Positions 20,871 through 35,623 of a DNA stretch of 64,000 bases are shown here, one piece after another. The translations under genes were made by a program, and so were the position numbers. The notes under the pieces are model-generated. The model ran no database searches, was not told where the DNA came from, and was given only the letters and a program-made list of their open reading frames with translations. The stretch covers positions 159,402,001 through 159,466,000 of the forward strand of contig OZ024741.1 in the NCBI GenBank assembly GCA_964016885.1. Direction: 5' to 3'. Position 1 is the first letter of the stretch, and each line of letters opens with the position of its first letter. Origin of the DNA: Eledone cirrhosa (lineage: Eukaryota).

Positions 20871-23789
20871 CAGAAGCTGTGCTGTGCTGATGACTGATCG
20901 TCACCTGTTTGTTCAACACTGGCTTTGAGGAACAATCAACATGCTTCTGGGTCATTACTCTTCATCAGGACTCTATACCTCTCTGCCAATGTGTTGAACG
21001 GTTGAAAATATATAGTATTTTTGAGAAATAAAATTCTTATATAAAGAAAGTATATAAAAGCACACACATATCTATGTATGTGTGTGTGGCCTAGTGATTA
21101 GAGTGTAATGCACATTAGTTTGATTTGAGCAAGACACTTTATTTTACATCATTCCAGTCCATTCAATTGTAAAAAATGTGTAATGAGACACTTGCCAAGC
21201 TGTACTAGCTTTTCTTCTTCCTTTTGAAATCTGTATCATGGTGAAGGGAGGCTGGTATTCATGGACACTTTTGGTTTTCTATAAAACCCCTTTCCCTAGT
21301 TTGTGCTTTGGAGAAGAATTTTCTATCTACAAACTTATGATCTCTCATGACTAAAGATGGCCATAATATATTTATATATATTTATACATATATGTTTACT
21401 ACAAAAAGTAAATGTAATGAGTGATCGTTGGCTACAGTGTTGGTGATTGAATAGAGCTAACATAGGGTTTGAAGACCCATCAATCTGGATGAGCATGTAA
21501 CAATCCCTCTAGTGCTGGTGCCATGATAAAATAGCACTCTGTACTCCCTGTAAAATATTAGTATTGGTGCCACAAAAAACAAAAAATGCAGCCAGTACAT
21601 CCTGTGAGGGGGTTGATATTAAGAAGGGCATCCAGCCAGAGAAACCATGCCAGATATGGAATGTATGAGCGAGATAGATTCATCCAACCTGTTTGGCCTT
21701 TGACTATGACACCCCTTACCAGTATGGAAATCAGATGTAAAATGATGTTGTTATTAGCAACCATAATATACTACATGTGTTTATATATTTAGATATATCT
21801 TTAACTGTAACACTTTACAATTTACACACAATGCATTTCCTATATGTCATGTTGTTTTCCAATCACAATGTCATGGGTTCTAACCTTACATTTGTCTCTG
21901 TAAATAGTTATTTCTTCAAAGTTATTGATACATTTAATCATTTATGTCACCTATACATTTATGCTGAACATTCATATAATTATGAAAACCATAAATTTAT
22001 CAAAACATAAATTTCCCAGTTTGTATAATTGTTCATATACCCAGTAATATTGATATATATGACATACCAATTCTGGACTCTAAAAATTATATACATTCAA
22101 GGTTATTGCCATCATTCAATAATCAACATAAACTATAGGATTTCTCACATACCAATCCTGAACACCAAAAATGTAATACATTCAAGGTTATTGCCATCAT
22201 TATTGATGGCACTGGTCCATTAGTAGTAAAATAGTATTGAAACTGTGTTTTTATTATCACATATCTGATATCCTATCTATTTTCAGGATGAATTTCCTTC
22301 TATTCCCTTTGTCTCCTCCTCCTGTCTCATGCTTCAGATGAAGGGATGTTTTCTTACACTTGTGCCTTGCCAAAATTGTCTCCATGAAGATAGATGCTGC
22401 CATAGGATCAGACTGCAGGAGTCAGCTGGGGAAGATGAATGTCTGAAGTTCCTTAGGCATGAAGCCATTTACACAAACACACCACTACCACCACACTAAC
22501 AACAATATAACCACAGCCATCATCATCACACCAATAACAACAATACAACCACCAACAACAACAACTACAAGTTCTGTCAATTGCTACCACTGCCACTACG
22601 TCATCTGAACCTTCAATATTTGAAGCATTCATCAAACCACTGTAACAACCCATACTCCATCACCATCCCCACTCCATCTCATGTGATAAATTTATGTTTA
22701 CCACAATTTAACCCTTTCGTTACCAACCCACCTGAAATTGGCCCTTGTTCCGTGATGAAAAAATCATTGCTTTTAAGTGTTTATATTTATCTAAACATCT
22801 TCCATCATAATTTTATGTAAGAGCCTTTCTTGGTGTTCCAAACACCAGCTTAATAACAAGAATGTTAGTTAGATTACTAAATACCCTAAAATTCTTTATT
22901 TTTAAAATGATTTGAAAATTATAGGCACATTATTTCATTAAAAATACTGTGATAGAAGAGTTAAATTGTTTATATTTATCTAAACATTGTCCATTATTCT
23001 AACGTTATGGTTTCTCATTTTGGCGCTGGTACAAGGTAAATAATTTAGTGTGAATGAGGAAATATATTGTATCAACCCCAGTGTCTGACTAACTTTACAT
23101 CTATCACTCTCAGAAGGATGGAAGACAAAGTTGACCTTGGTAGGATATGAATTCAGAATATAAAGAGCCAGACCAAATAACTCTATCATTTGTCCGACAC
23201 TCTACCAATTCTGTCAATCCACCACTTAAATAATGAGAAACTTATATAACTAGATCCTGTGAAAAATATAGGAAGTGTCTTTCATTTGAAATATGGTAAC
23301 AGAAGGGTTAATCATTCCTTCTTTGCATCTACATCTCCCATCACCTCCACCACATCAGTTCACCTTTGTCTCTGCCATCACAACCATCATTTGTTATTGA
23401 TTTCATTCATTGAAATGTATTAATAAAATGTAAATAACGAATAAAAATAAATTGTTTGGATTGAATGGGGGAAGGTGATGTTAGAATGTCCAGAGACTAG
23501 AGTTTCTAGAACATGTATCTGGTATGTAGTGTCCAATTCCTCACACATGCTTCTGTCCACTTTTTCTTGTTGCCAGGAGCACTAAATGTGATTTTCGCAA
23601 CTATTATTTATAGTGATCGACTGTGATTATGGCCATTTGCATTGGGATGCACACATATTAAATTTATATCATTGATGTATATAGGTGTGTTGATTATGAC
23701 CTTGGTTGCACATGCGTACTTGTTTCAACATGATCAATTGAGTTATTGCTGTTTATGTACAAAGGTGTTTGTAACTTCTGTTATGTTTG

Positions 23790-24250
23790 CAATGCAGGAA
23801 AATATCAAACAATGGTTTGCGATCAAATTTTGTGTAAAACTTAACAAACCTGCAGCCAAAACATTTAATTCTTTAACACAAGCATATGGAGGATGTTACT
23901 ATTTTGAGAATTAAGGTTTTAAGTGGCATAAAGCTTCCAAAGAGAGCTAGAAAAATGTTGAAAATGAACCTTGTTGTGGAAGGCCAATCAAAAAATGAAT
24001 AAAACATGGAAGTGATGTGAGCAGTGATGGCAAAAGATTGCTGGTTAAGTATTAGGATGATTGCAGAAGAAACAGGCTTGGATAAAGATGCAGTGCACAG
24101 AATTTTAACAGACCATTTGCACATGCAAAAAATTTGTGCAAAACTAGTGCCCAAACATTTATCTGTAGAGCAAAAAGTGGTTGGAAATTTGTCAAACATT
24201 CTCACTTCTCCACATCTTCCCTACGGCCCAGATCTAGCTTTGTGTGATCA
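23790..24250 (+). mobile_element. Internally deleted mariner transposase pseudogene
   Basis: QWFAIKFCVKLNK, SIRMIAEETGL, KICAKLVPKHL and PYGPDLALCD (YSPDLAP-like) motifs. Confidence 0.82.
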
Positions 24251-24311
24251 GGGCCTTATTATCCTTTCTACTTACTAGGACTTTAGTCTTTGCCAAGTTG
24301 ACTTTAATATA

Positions 24312-24511
24312 CAGGGTGACCACAAAAACACTCATTGATTTCAAATACTTATAATATGAAAACTTAAATGAATATTCTTACAATATAGGTGGCTACAGTT
24401 GCATAAACTAACAAAGTTTCATGTGGTATTGGTTGATATCATGTGCCACTTTTGTTGCTTAGCAAACATCAATGCAATAATCAAGCTTGGAGTGTTTTTG
24501 TGGTCACCCTG
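24312..24511. mobile_element. Tc1/mariner-type MITE, 200 bp
   Basis: Perfect 22-bp TIRs CAGGGTGACCACAAAAACACTC, flanked by TA on both sides. Confidence 0.88.
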
Positions 24512-24537
24512 TATATATATTTAATTGATATATATAT

Positions 24538-24870
24538 ATCAATTAAAAGTAGTTAAGACAAGGTCACTTCACCATAATTGCTTTATTGCATGATATATAT
24601 TTCTGTTACATGGTTATACATGTGCCTGCTGGCATCACAATTGGATGGTAATACATGACCAGCAACAAATTCCCATGATTGCATAGCTACACATAATTGT
24701 ATGAGAATCTGATGAGGTCACATGCATAACAATGTAACAGAAATATATATCATGCAATAAAGCAGTTATAGTGAAGTAACCCCGTCTTAACTACTTTTAA
24801 TTGATAAATGAATACTCTCACTCCTAATCACCAACTTTTAGCTGGAATAAACTACTGATGTGAAATCAAG
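24538..24870 (+). mobile_element. Fold-back PLE-like remnant with a hammerhead-like core
   Basis: About 24538-24624 is inverted at about 24719-24805, followed by an unpaired tail. CTGATGA GGTCACAT...ATGTAACA GAAATATATATC at 24709-24751; stem I is degenerate. Confidence 0.6.
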
Positions 24871-24874
24871 GTAA

Positions 24875-27800
24875 ATAATATCCATATAGGGGCCATCTTC
24901 CAAAGCTTTTAGGATGTCATCAAAGTGATGCAAAAGCTGCAACAGACAGTCCCTACCATTACAGAACCCATGTTGGTTGGAGTTCAGCAGATTGTTCCTT
25001 TCAAGGAAGTGAGTTATTCATGATCTCACCACTGTCTCAAATACCTTGATGATATGAAAGGTGAGTGAGATTGGATAGTAATTCACTGCAAGAGACTTGT
25101 TCCCCTTTTTGAAGACTGGGACGACAGACTGGGAAAGGAAATGTTCTGGGATATAGCCTGCACCCAGTGAGTTTCTCCAAAGATTAGCAAGAGGGGATGC
25201 AAGTTGATGTTGGTAATTCTTCAGGACACTAGCAGCAAACCTATCAGGGCCTACAGCTGAGCTGTGCTTGATTTTGTTTCATCATTTCATTTTACGTCTG
25301 CTTTTTCCCTGCTTGCAAGGGTGGGACGGGAGCTGATTCTGTTATTGTTGCTAATATATTAGGGGTGCCAAAAATTATGTCAGATATAGTGTATTGGAAG
25401 TTTATGTCACTGATATTGGCCAGATCAACCATATCAGGATTGCTGAAAACAGTGCAGTATTATTTCTGTAGTATCACCATCATCATGGAGGGTGTTATTT
25501 TCATAACCAACAATAGAGACAGTGACTTTGTTTCTTTTAGCAAAGGAAAAGACACTTTAGGATTGAGTTTGATTTTCTCAATGGCCCAGTCCTCAATTAT
25601 TCTCTGGTTATTGATGATGGTCTTCATGTTACTTTGGAGGTTATGCTTTTATTTATTTTTAATTCAAGTAATGCAATAGCAGTTGAATTGGTGTGTCACT
25701 GTTGGCAGTATTTTAGTTGGTTGATTTTTGGGATTAATTCTTTTTATTTTACTAATGATAGTTTTTCCATTCTTGGGAATTCTGTACTTAGTTTTATTCA
25801 CAGATCCTTTTTTGGTATATTTTGCACATATATTTGTAACAGTGTCTGCAAATATCTGTCAAGATGTTTTGATGTTGGTGGATATATGAGTATGTGTGAA
25901 AAACCAGTCAACATGTGAAAGATCATGCATGATTGCATCCCAGTTTGCCTTATAAAGATTTATGTTATCAAATGGGTGGGTTGGGGAGAGGTCTTTGTGT
26001 TTAACTTTTGGCTGGTGGAATCTCAGATTACAGATAACCATGTCATAGTCTGAGAGGAGGGTTTTCCCCACTGCAGTATTGTGAATGGTCCAAAATGTTT
26101 TGGTGACATTTTGTTGGTGTGAGCACAAGTTAGGACAGGAAAAACTCACCCATTAAGTCGAAGTGTGTCTCTACAGCTGCTTTGTCAGGAGATGAGGTGG
26201 AAATATCTGGTTTTAAGCTGTTTGTAGACCAATCAACACGGGGGGGGGGGGGAATTTGAAGTCACCCATGATTAGTATGTCAGCAGGGTGGTGCTGCTGG
26301 ATAAAAATTTTATGTTGTTGAACCATTCCTTGAAGCATAGTGGAGAAGTTTGGGGTGGCCAATAGAGCACAACTACTGTTAAGTCCTTGGTTTTATTGGG
26401 CCCAGAAACTAATCCACAATAGCCATTGGAGAATGTGTCATGTGTTGCTACCGTAAAAAACCATGCAAGAAAATGACAGTTCTGCCCTTTCTTCTGCTCA
26501 CACTATGTGCAGATGGTTGTAAAATTTCTATTCCTAACTTCAGCTTCCAGGTGGGAGTTGTCAAGATGGGTCTCAGTTAGGATGAAGAAAGAAATGTATA
26601 GATGGTCATCAATCCAATCCTCAATGAAGTGGACCTTCTATTTTTTTACATTGATGGAAGGGCTGATGCCTTGTGCATTAAACAAAAATATTGAGGCCAG
26701 AGTAGTGGCTGGCTTTGACTGTTTTAGGGGTCTTGTTGGCTAATGACAGCAATGGGAGTTTGTGTACTGGATTGATAGCAGAGGTTGGTGTTGCGTGAAT
26801 GCTAGAAGAGTTTTTTTGGTGCTCTTTGGCTAGATTCAACATGCATAAAAAAGGGTTTTCCTGTTTAGGGAAAGACTAAAGTTGTGGTCATGCTGTTTGA
26901 TAAGAATACGTCTGTTGGTATGGCTGCAGCTGTTTGTTGTTGGGGGAAGTCTGGATCAGTACTAATACAGCAAGAAGTGTTTTTACTGTAGGTCTGGTGT
27001 TGGCTTGGGTTCCCATTTTTATTTTTATTAGTGTCGAGTCCCACGAAGATGAGTAAGGGGACAATCTTGTAGACATAATCTGTTATGTTAGAAATATCAG
27101 CAGATCTAAGGATTCCATGTAATGTGTATGGGAGTTTTAAGTGTGGTTTAGATTTAATAATTGGTGGTAGTGATGTTATTGTAGGATATGTGCTAAGGTG
27201 TTGGCTGTTGTTGTTTGTATGAATTGTCCCAGGTAGATGTGTTAATTTGCAGTCACTGTTTGTGCATAATCTGTTGTACATTGAATAGTGGTATATTTTT
27301 GGATTGCGTGAGTGTGTTGTGACATTTCAATTTGTGTATGTTTTACAAATTTTTCCTGGAGCTGTGAGGTGAGGGAGAGAGGACAGCTTCATCATAGGTT
27401 GGAGTGGTAGCAGTACAGGATGGCAACAATTATAATAGTTGGTTTCTTGAGATAGAGAAGGGGAGGACAGGAAGATATGACTGCTTCATCATTAATTGGA
27501 GAGGTAGTAGTAGTAGATGTTGGTAGTTATGATGTTTTGTCTCTTGGGGTAGTTTGAGAATGTAGTAAATTTGAAAAGCTGGAATGTGAAAGATAGTTGT
27601 TGTTGACCTGGTCACTCTGTGACAGGGGCTGCTGACTTGGCTGCTGTTGTTCTTTCTGTGCTTATTGTAGCTGATCCTGCTATTCTGGCTGAATAATAAT
27701 TGAATAAAAAAATGTGTTCAAGTTCTTTAAAATGCTTGTAAATTAATTTGAAAGATACTTCAATGTGCCTCAGTTTGCTCAGAATCTGTTTCTCTGGGCA

Positions 27801-28240
27801 GTTTTTTAAACATTTATGACAATTTTTGGGTAATGGGGTTAGACAAGAAACATTCTCTGTTTGAGAAATACAAAACCATGTATTAAGTAGAATGTTGATT
27901 TCATTCTCTGACCAATTTTTATCTTTTTTTTATTTTGGAGACATGTTGTCTAGTCATTCTCTTATATCTTTTCTTCTTTTCTGTTCTTTACTCTTGTTTC
28001 TTTCCCCTCTCTCTCTCTCTCTCGTGTGTGTGTGTGTGTGAATGTGTGGGTTTCTGATTCCTGTGTGGATATTCAGGAACAAGATTTGTGCAGAAATGTA
28101 TGTTTCAATAATGAGAAATGTGTACTTACAGAATTTGTGGATAAAAATATTTAGTTAGAAATGACACTCTTCAGAGTTTCAGTAGTTGGTTTCTTAGTCA
28201 GTCATATATGGCTGTCTTGCTGCCGACTTTAGGAGAGCCT
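24875..28240 (-). mobile_element. Decayed CR1-group LINE: ORF1 region, APE endonuclease and N-terminal RT
   Basis: Minus-strand remnants CTNSDCKLTHLPGT (ORF1), NAQGI, LTETHL, GDFKFP, SDYDMV, NLYKANWDAI, NYYPISLTFHIIKVFE and NQHGF. Confidence 0.75.
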
Positions 28241-28754
28241 TTAAAACACAGTCCAGAGCCTGTGTATACTCTGGGATTTATTTAACATTACCTATTGAGT
28301 ATGCTGAGATGCAACCGGTCCTAGCAGTGATACCCATGCTAGTTCTGTCAACCTATTATACACAGAAAATGCTTCTTGTCTAACCATGTTACCCCCAAAT
28401 CACAATAAATGTTTTTAAAAAAAATTTTTTTAATTCTCACAGAAACAGATTCTGAGCAAACTGAGGCACATTGAGGTATCTTTTAAATTAATTCACAAGC
28501 ATTTTAAAGAACTTGAACAGATTTTTTAAAATTTAAATATGGTTCAGCCAGAACAGCAGGAACAACTGATGTTATTTCAGCAGTCTCTGGCCATGACCCT
28601 CTCACTCAATAAGACAATAAGCTTGCAGTTATGAAACTGCATCTCGATGTTAAGAGTGCACACATAAAAGTTATATATTGAGTACAGTGGCAGTGTTTTG
28701 GTAAAGATATGTTATGTATCTAATATGTATAAATATGCACACACATATATATAT

Positions 28755-29243
28755 ATAGTAAGAGATACGCTAGCAGCCGAAGTATATGATAAAGTTATAT
28801 CTGTATAAACACAGAGTGTGTAACCGAGACATTTATAAATATATACACATATCTAATTTGTAGGCATGTAAACATGCCAGAAAATACATATTTCCCTGTA
28901 AATTGAAAACACGATAAACATCTTTAATTGATTTTCAGATTTTATTGAACCTTCATCAGAAGACATGTATATCATCCAATAAACCACAAGAAAACATGTA
29001 TTTGATGGGGGTATATATATATATATATATACTCATTTGCTCTTCTAGTATTATTCTGAAATGGATATACTAATTTACATATAATTAGTGCTCATGCTGA
29101 TAATTAGTTATAATTTTTTTCAATTTACAAATTAGATATGTGTACATATTTATGTATGTTGGTACAGTCTCAGTTACTCTGTATTTATACAGGTATAACT
29201 TTATCATACACTTTGGCTGCTCGCGTACCTCTTACTATATATA
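28755..29243. mobile_element. Fold-back PLE-like remnant
   Basis: About 28755-28862 is inverted at about 29126-29243. Hammerhead at 28920-28964. Abuts a decayed PLE ORF. Confidence 0.6.
28920..28964 (-). ncRNA. Minimal type I hammerhead
   Basis: Minus strand: GTCTT CTGATGA AGGTT CAATAA AATCT GAA AAT CA ATT A AAGAT. Confidence 0.6.
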
Positions 29244-29249
29244 TTAATT

Positions 29250-30050
29250 AATTACCAACACGAATGCTAATTATATGTTAAACAGAAGGCCTATATTGCA
29301 GCAATGGGTTTCTTTAGTACACAATTCCCGATTCCAACAAACACACTCTAGACTGGTTCTGTAAGGATTTGATAGACACCTTTAGCACCTTATGGCTTAA
29401 GATCACAGTAAACACAAACCTCACTAGCACAGACTTTCTTGACGTCAACAGGTACACATAAGCCCTAACATAAGAAAAATAATCTGGGTTGCCCTCTCAC
29501 TCACATAACAGGACTAACGTAGGTAAGAGATTCATACACACTTTCCTACACAACATAGGTACAGTAAGATCTTCAATCCCTGCTCGGTGAGGATATCTTA
29601 TGCTTGCCCACCATCTACGAGATCTAAAATGACCACAAAGAACAAACCTGATGTAAATCTAGGATGTTCTTACAGGATAAAAAATGATTGTCCATTACAA
29701 CAAAATTGTCTATGAAGCTGAGATTAAATATACTAACACCAACCAGCCAGAAATCCGTGAAAATATGAGGGTATTGTGCAGGACCGATTTAAACAAAGAT
29801 TTTATATGCACTTCTCATTCAGGATTTTTCTGATATGAAAACTAGCACAGAGCTGGCAAAAAGAGTCTGGCAGCTAAAAGAAAAAGGAGTACTGCATAAC
29901 ATTGAAGGTGCTCGAAAAATCCAAGCTATACATTAATGGAATTAAGGGATGGACACTTTACATCAGTGAAAAATTTAGGATTTTTTTAAGTGCCTAAACA
30001 CCAAGGTGGAAATTTTTAGGCATTGTTGCATTGGAAAAGCCATCTGTCCA
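29250..30050 (+). pseudogene. Heavily decayed Naiad-type PLE linker/GIY-YIG region
   Basis: Frameshifted remnants RKIIWV, NVGKRF, CSYRIKNDCPLQQNCL, RFKQRFYMH, TSTELAKRVWQLKEKG and LYISEK. Confidence 0.7.
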
Positions 30051-31534
30051 ACTGGAAACCCACATCCCAAGATGTCCCCTCACCAGACATGCTATATCCT
30101 CCATGACCACAGATGGTCTAAAAGTTGTTAAGAAAATTTAATGTTTGTGAGATCCCCTCTTGTCCATTTTATCCCTCTCACTTCTAGCTGCTGATTTCTA
30201 TGCTAAATGATGGCATTTTGCTGTTTTAACAGCTTCCTTGCACTGAGTTCTTCCAATTACTCTATGAATTCTAATACACTCATGTTTCAAACTCAATATT
30301 CGAGATACATTTGTTTTTATATATATATATAATCATCATCATCATTTTACATGTTTCATGTGTGCATGGATTGAACAGGTCCTCCTCAGTACAGCATCTC
30401 TCCAGTGATGGAAGTGAACAGTTAGAGAAGATGTCTTATGCTGATTACGATTTTGAATACTTATAAAAAGTGACATAGTAGCAATGTAGCTTTACATACC
30501 AACCCATCCAAAACCACCCCTATTAAAGTGTTCAAATTCAGATTTAAAGCTTAAACTGAAATCTTCCTTATTATATAGTAAATGATATATTTCTGTAGTT
30601 AAATATTTGTTTTCTGTCGAAAGTTAATTATTTTACTAAATCTTATATGTCATCTTGATAATTAGAACAGAACAATATACTCTTGTTAGAAATATGGTCA
30701 GGAAAGGGTTAATACTAACCCACAGTCAATTAGTGGTAGGTTAAGATGATTTATACCTCTCATCTACAAAATCTTCATATACTGTCATTAAAAAGACAAA
30801 ACACCTCTAACAAAAACGTTTTTTTTTTTAATCACTATGAAAATTAAGTTAAATAAAAACGAGGATGAAGATAGAATTTTGAATTGATGTTATTGTTGGG
30901 AATGTAGCATAAGTGAATCTCAATGACCCAGCATTCAATGATGTGGTAGTGGCAAAAAGTCTTGTGCGACATGAAAGAAAAATAGCAATATAGCAGATCA
31001 ACTGAATGTTTTATTTGTTTCAAAGATGTCTTTATATAGATTGTTACACAATATGTGTATAAGAAAGTAAGAATGTAGGCATATATATATATATATATAT
31101 ATACACATGAATAAAAAATAATATAAAGTAAAAGGAAATGTTACATCATGCCACCAAGCATCAACTCCTTAAAGATATTGTGGTTCAACACAGAATTCCC
31201 TTTGTGCTTTAAATCATTTTCAATATAATCAAGATTTTGGAAGTTCAGTAAAATACCGTAACTTCATAAACTGGTATGTATTTAACCCTTTAGCATTTTC
31301 ATTACTCTATATTTACTATTATATTTTCATAGTAAAGGCTTTACCTCACATAATATTGAATCTATGAGATTTGGATATTATTATTTTGATAACAATACCT
31401 TATCAGTATGAACGGCCAATTACAGCCGGTTTGAACAGAAAGAGGTGAGAGAATTCTGGCCGAATACGGCCAGTTTAAATACTAAAGGATTAATAAATGT
31501 ATACATATACATCCATATATAATTATATTGATGT

Positions 31535-31866
31535 TGACCATAGTGTATATATATCCTGGTGGTGTTGATCAACTGATATATATATATATAATGTTCGTGC
31601 TGACCAACAGGTGTATATATATATATTTCCTTTTTGCATTTAATGGTAGAATAATCCTTCCATAGTATAACAATATATATATATGTATATAGATATACCT
31701 GTTGGTCAGCACGAACATTATATATATATCAGTTGATCAACACCACCAGGATATATATACTATGGTCAATGCCAACATTTTATATATATATATTTCCTTT
31801 TTGCATTTAATGGTAGAATAACTCTTCCATAGTATAACTATATATATAAAATGTTGGCATTGACCT
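31535..31866. repeat. Interleaved inverted and direct duplications separated by (TA)n
   Basis: About 31535-31612 is inverted at about 31697-31770. About 31626-31671 is repeated at about 31792-31838. About 31765-31782 is inverted at about 31847-31865. Confidence 0.75.
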
Positions 31867-32399
31867 TATCTTGGTGTATTGTGTGGACTATCTGGTATAT
31901 ATATTATATTTGTTAAACATTTGTGTGTGTGTATACACACACACATTTTATTCAAGCTATGGTCCTACACCCGAATTGTTTCACTCAACCATTGGCTCAG
32001 CATGTAATGAGCTCTTCAGAAACATTGGTTGACATGAAAATAATATCTCTCTATGTATAGGTGTTGAGGAGGACATCCAGCTGAAGAAACCATGCCGAAA
32101 AGAATTGAGAAGACTCTTCAGTCGCATCATAACCTAACAACTAAAAAACAACAATATCTTTGACTACATTGTGTAATGCAGTCTTAGGTAGAGGATGCCC
32201 CAAAGAAAAGAAAAGACAGGTTATGGTTAGAATGCCCTTGCTCATAAGTCAGTCCACCAGAGGCTAGTTTTATAGTGTAACAAACAGTAAAGTATTTGTA
32301 CACTTTGTTGCTGCTAACTTATTTGTCTTTTCTTACTAAGGTAGAGATGTGTTTCACATAGATACATTGCTGATTTTTACAGACTTCAAATAGTTATGT

Positions 32400-32915
32400 C
32401 ACTAACTGATCACAGACGTATGACAGATCATAGATATATTACAAGGCTGATACCAAATATATCACTGAGTTATTGATGTATGACAAAAGACTGATACAAG
32501 ATATATCACTAAATTGTTGCCCGACAAATCACAGATATATAACAAAACACTGATATCACACTAAGGGATAAATGTATGATATGTCACAGTTGTATGACAG
32601 GCCATAGATACATGTCACAGATCTATGACAATAGACTGATACCAGATATCATTAAGAGATAAATGTATGATATATGACAATTGTATGATAGGTCATAGAT
32701 ACATGACAAAAGATTGATATGAGGTATATCACTATGATAGATGTATGATGGGTCTCAAATGTACATGTCACCAATATATGACAAAAGACTGATACCAGAT
32801 ATCAATAAGAGAAATGTATATCACAACTGTATGACAAGACAAAAGATTGATATGAGATATCTCACTATGTGATAGATGTATGATGGGTCACAAATGTACA
32901 ACAAAGACTGATACC
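32400..32915. repeat. Degenerate minisatellite
   Basis: Recurrent GATGTATGACAAAAGACTGATACCAGATATC-like units. Confidence 0.7.
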
Positions 32916-33826
32916 ATAAAAGGTGTCTGCGTCATTACTGGCCAAAATGACACTACAAAACAAACTGCATCTTTTTCTCTCTCTCTCTCTCTCTGTATAT
33001 TATATATATATATACTGACACACATCACATCATCAAATGTAAATTGTAATGATGTGATTTGTGTGTATATATATATATAGACACACACACATCATCAAAT
33101 GTACAACTTAATACATAGCATGCATGTGTGTGTGTATTTTCAAGAAATGGCAACTTGAATGGACCTGTTTTTTTTTCTCTAAGAATTTTTTTTTCAATTC
33201 TGCCACTGCCCACTCTCCTCTATCTTTCTATTTCTTCTTTAATTTCTCATTCTATTTTCTGATGAAGGACTAGCATCTGAAAGTTAAGACTCTTTTCCTA
33301 CTACTTCAAGCATAAAACTAATATATTTCTTCACTGTATGTGTCATTTGCTTTGTTGTTTGCCTTTTGTATACATATGTATATATACATTTTGGCGTTAG
33401 GAAGTGTATCCAGCCGTAGAAAACCAGCTAGAAACACCTCTATATGAGTGAGACACGGCCACCCAACCCAACTTACCTCTAAATGGGACTCGCCTAACCC
33501 ATGTTAGCATGGAAGATAGACGTTAATTGATGATGATGATGATTATTATATATATATATATACACACACATATCACAGCATTAAATGTATATCTTGACAC
33601 ATTGTAGTGTCCCTCTCTCTCTCCATATATATATATATATATATATATAGCAGTAGCACTGACATAGCATAGGTCATAATATTGGTGTACATGAAGGCAT
33701 GTATAATAAAATATGCATGTGTTTCACTATGAATGTTCTAAGTTGTGATCATGTCACAGCTATCTCAATATCCAGTGAAAATGCCAGACATGTATTTAAT
33801 CTATATTTACACACATACTTGATGTA

Positions 33827-35082
33827 TTAGGGTGTTCGGAAAGTAATTGCATTTTTTTCACCACTATGAAATATGAATCAACCAATCATGTCAGAGCCAA
33901 AGTAGAATAGGCTGGAACTGTTTAAAATAGTTCAGTATATCATGTCTTCTATCCAGTAGTGTGTCATTCAGTTATTTCAGTAATTAACCCCATGGAGGAT
34001 AAGAACTTTAAGAAACAACATATTTGCCATTGCTTACTGTATGAGTTTCAAAAGAACAGTACCACTGTAGAAGCAATGAAAAATATTTATGAAGTGTGTT
34101 TGGATGCAGTAAAAGCTTGTACATGTCAACTGTGGTTTAAAAGATGGCGATTGTGACATATCTGACAAGCCTTATTCCAGAAGACGATCCATACTGAATG
34201 ACAACCTTTTGAATGAGACTAATGTATCGGATCCATGTCAAAGCACCAGAGATTTGGCACATAAATTAAATGTATCATGTTCAACTATCCATGAACATCT
34301 CAAGCAAATTGGGAAAACATGCAAAGAGGGAATTTGGGTTCCACATGAGCTTACGCTTGAGAACTGAACACAACGTTCCAACATCTGCAGCAGCCTTCTA
34401 ACCAGGAATAACCACCTACTACATTTCTGCAGCACATTGTTACAGGTGATGAAAAATGGGTTTTACATCACAACAGAAAACGAAAAAAAACAATGGTTAT
34501 CATGTTATGAGAGGCCAGTACCAACAACAAAACCAGAACTCCATCCACAAAAATACTTGCTCTGTGTTTGGTGGAACGTGAAAGGTATTGTCCTTGACGA
34601 GCTACTGGAACATGGAAGGACCATCAATGCAGATGTCTATTGCCAACAACTTTGTGTAAATGAAAAATTACATTGAAAGTGGTCTGCTTTGGTAAACAGA
34701 AATGGTGTCATTCTCCAACATGGCAATCCATGTCCACACTCTGCAAAACAAACCCAAGAAAAAATAAGAAGTTTTTCCACATCCTCCATACTCACCTGGC
34801 TTAGCACCTATGGATTTCCATCTGTTCTGATCACTAGAACATTTTATAAGAGGCAAAACATTCAGAAACAGAGAGGAAGTTGAAAACAGTCTTTCAGACT
34901 TTTTTCAGGAAAAGAAATAGGTTTCTTTGAACATGGCATCAAAAAGTTGCTTTCTTGTTGGGCTGCAGTCATTGAAAATGGTGATTACATTCTTGATTAA
35001 AATTATTTAGATGAACATAGATTGTTTATATTCGTTTTTATATCCTTTCTGGAAAAACGCAATTACTTTCTGAACATCCTAA
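33827..35082 (+). mobile_element. Full-length (1256 bp) inactive mariner element
   Basis: TA duplication; ~30-bp TIRs TTAGGGTGTTCGGAAAGTAATTGC / GCAATTACTTTCTGAACATCCTAA. Disrupted transposase at about 33992-35000 with WVPHEL, TGDEKW and YSPGLAPMDF motifs. Confidence 0.93.
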
Positions 35083-35592
35083 TATATATATATATATATA
35101 TATATATGAATGATAAACACACAAATGTCTCACTGTAATCATATCACAACTATCTCAGTAGCCAGAGAAAATGGTTGATATCATTGGTGACATTTACCCA
35201 CTCTGTACTGAGACAAGAATAGCCGAAAAGCTTATAGGCTTTTTTGCACAAGAAACATTGACTGGAAATGCTCATTTGTGAATTTGACTGGCCAGGATTA
35301 ATTAGCAATAGCATTAATATAGCATGACCACTCCCTCACCAGGCCATGGTATGATGAGGAGTGGAAGTGGAACCCCAGCAGTATAAAAAACAAGATCAGT
35401 TAAAAAGATGGATGAACTCTTTAGAGTCAATAGCCATCCGCCCCAACCACTGGTTAAATAGCCTCACCAACCTGCAATTGACGAAGCATGGCGAGTACAG
35501 TTACACTCCTGAGATAACAAAACCAAAGAAAAAGCAGTGATGGTCAACAAGAGAGGAGTTCCTCCAACAGGAGTGAGATGACTGTGGATTGG

Positions 35593-35623
<31 letters not shown>

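Noticed and set aside
32400-32915. Repeat-spacer-like pattern suggestive of a CRISPR array
   Set aside because: Units are degenerate, the intervening sequences are related to one another, the context is eukaryotic and there are no cas genes. It is a minisatellite.
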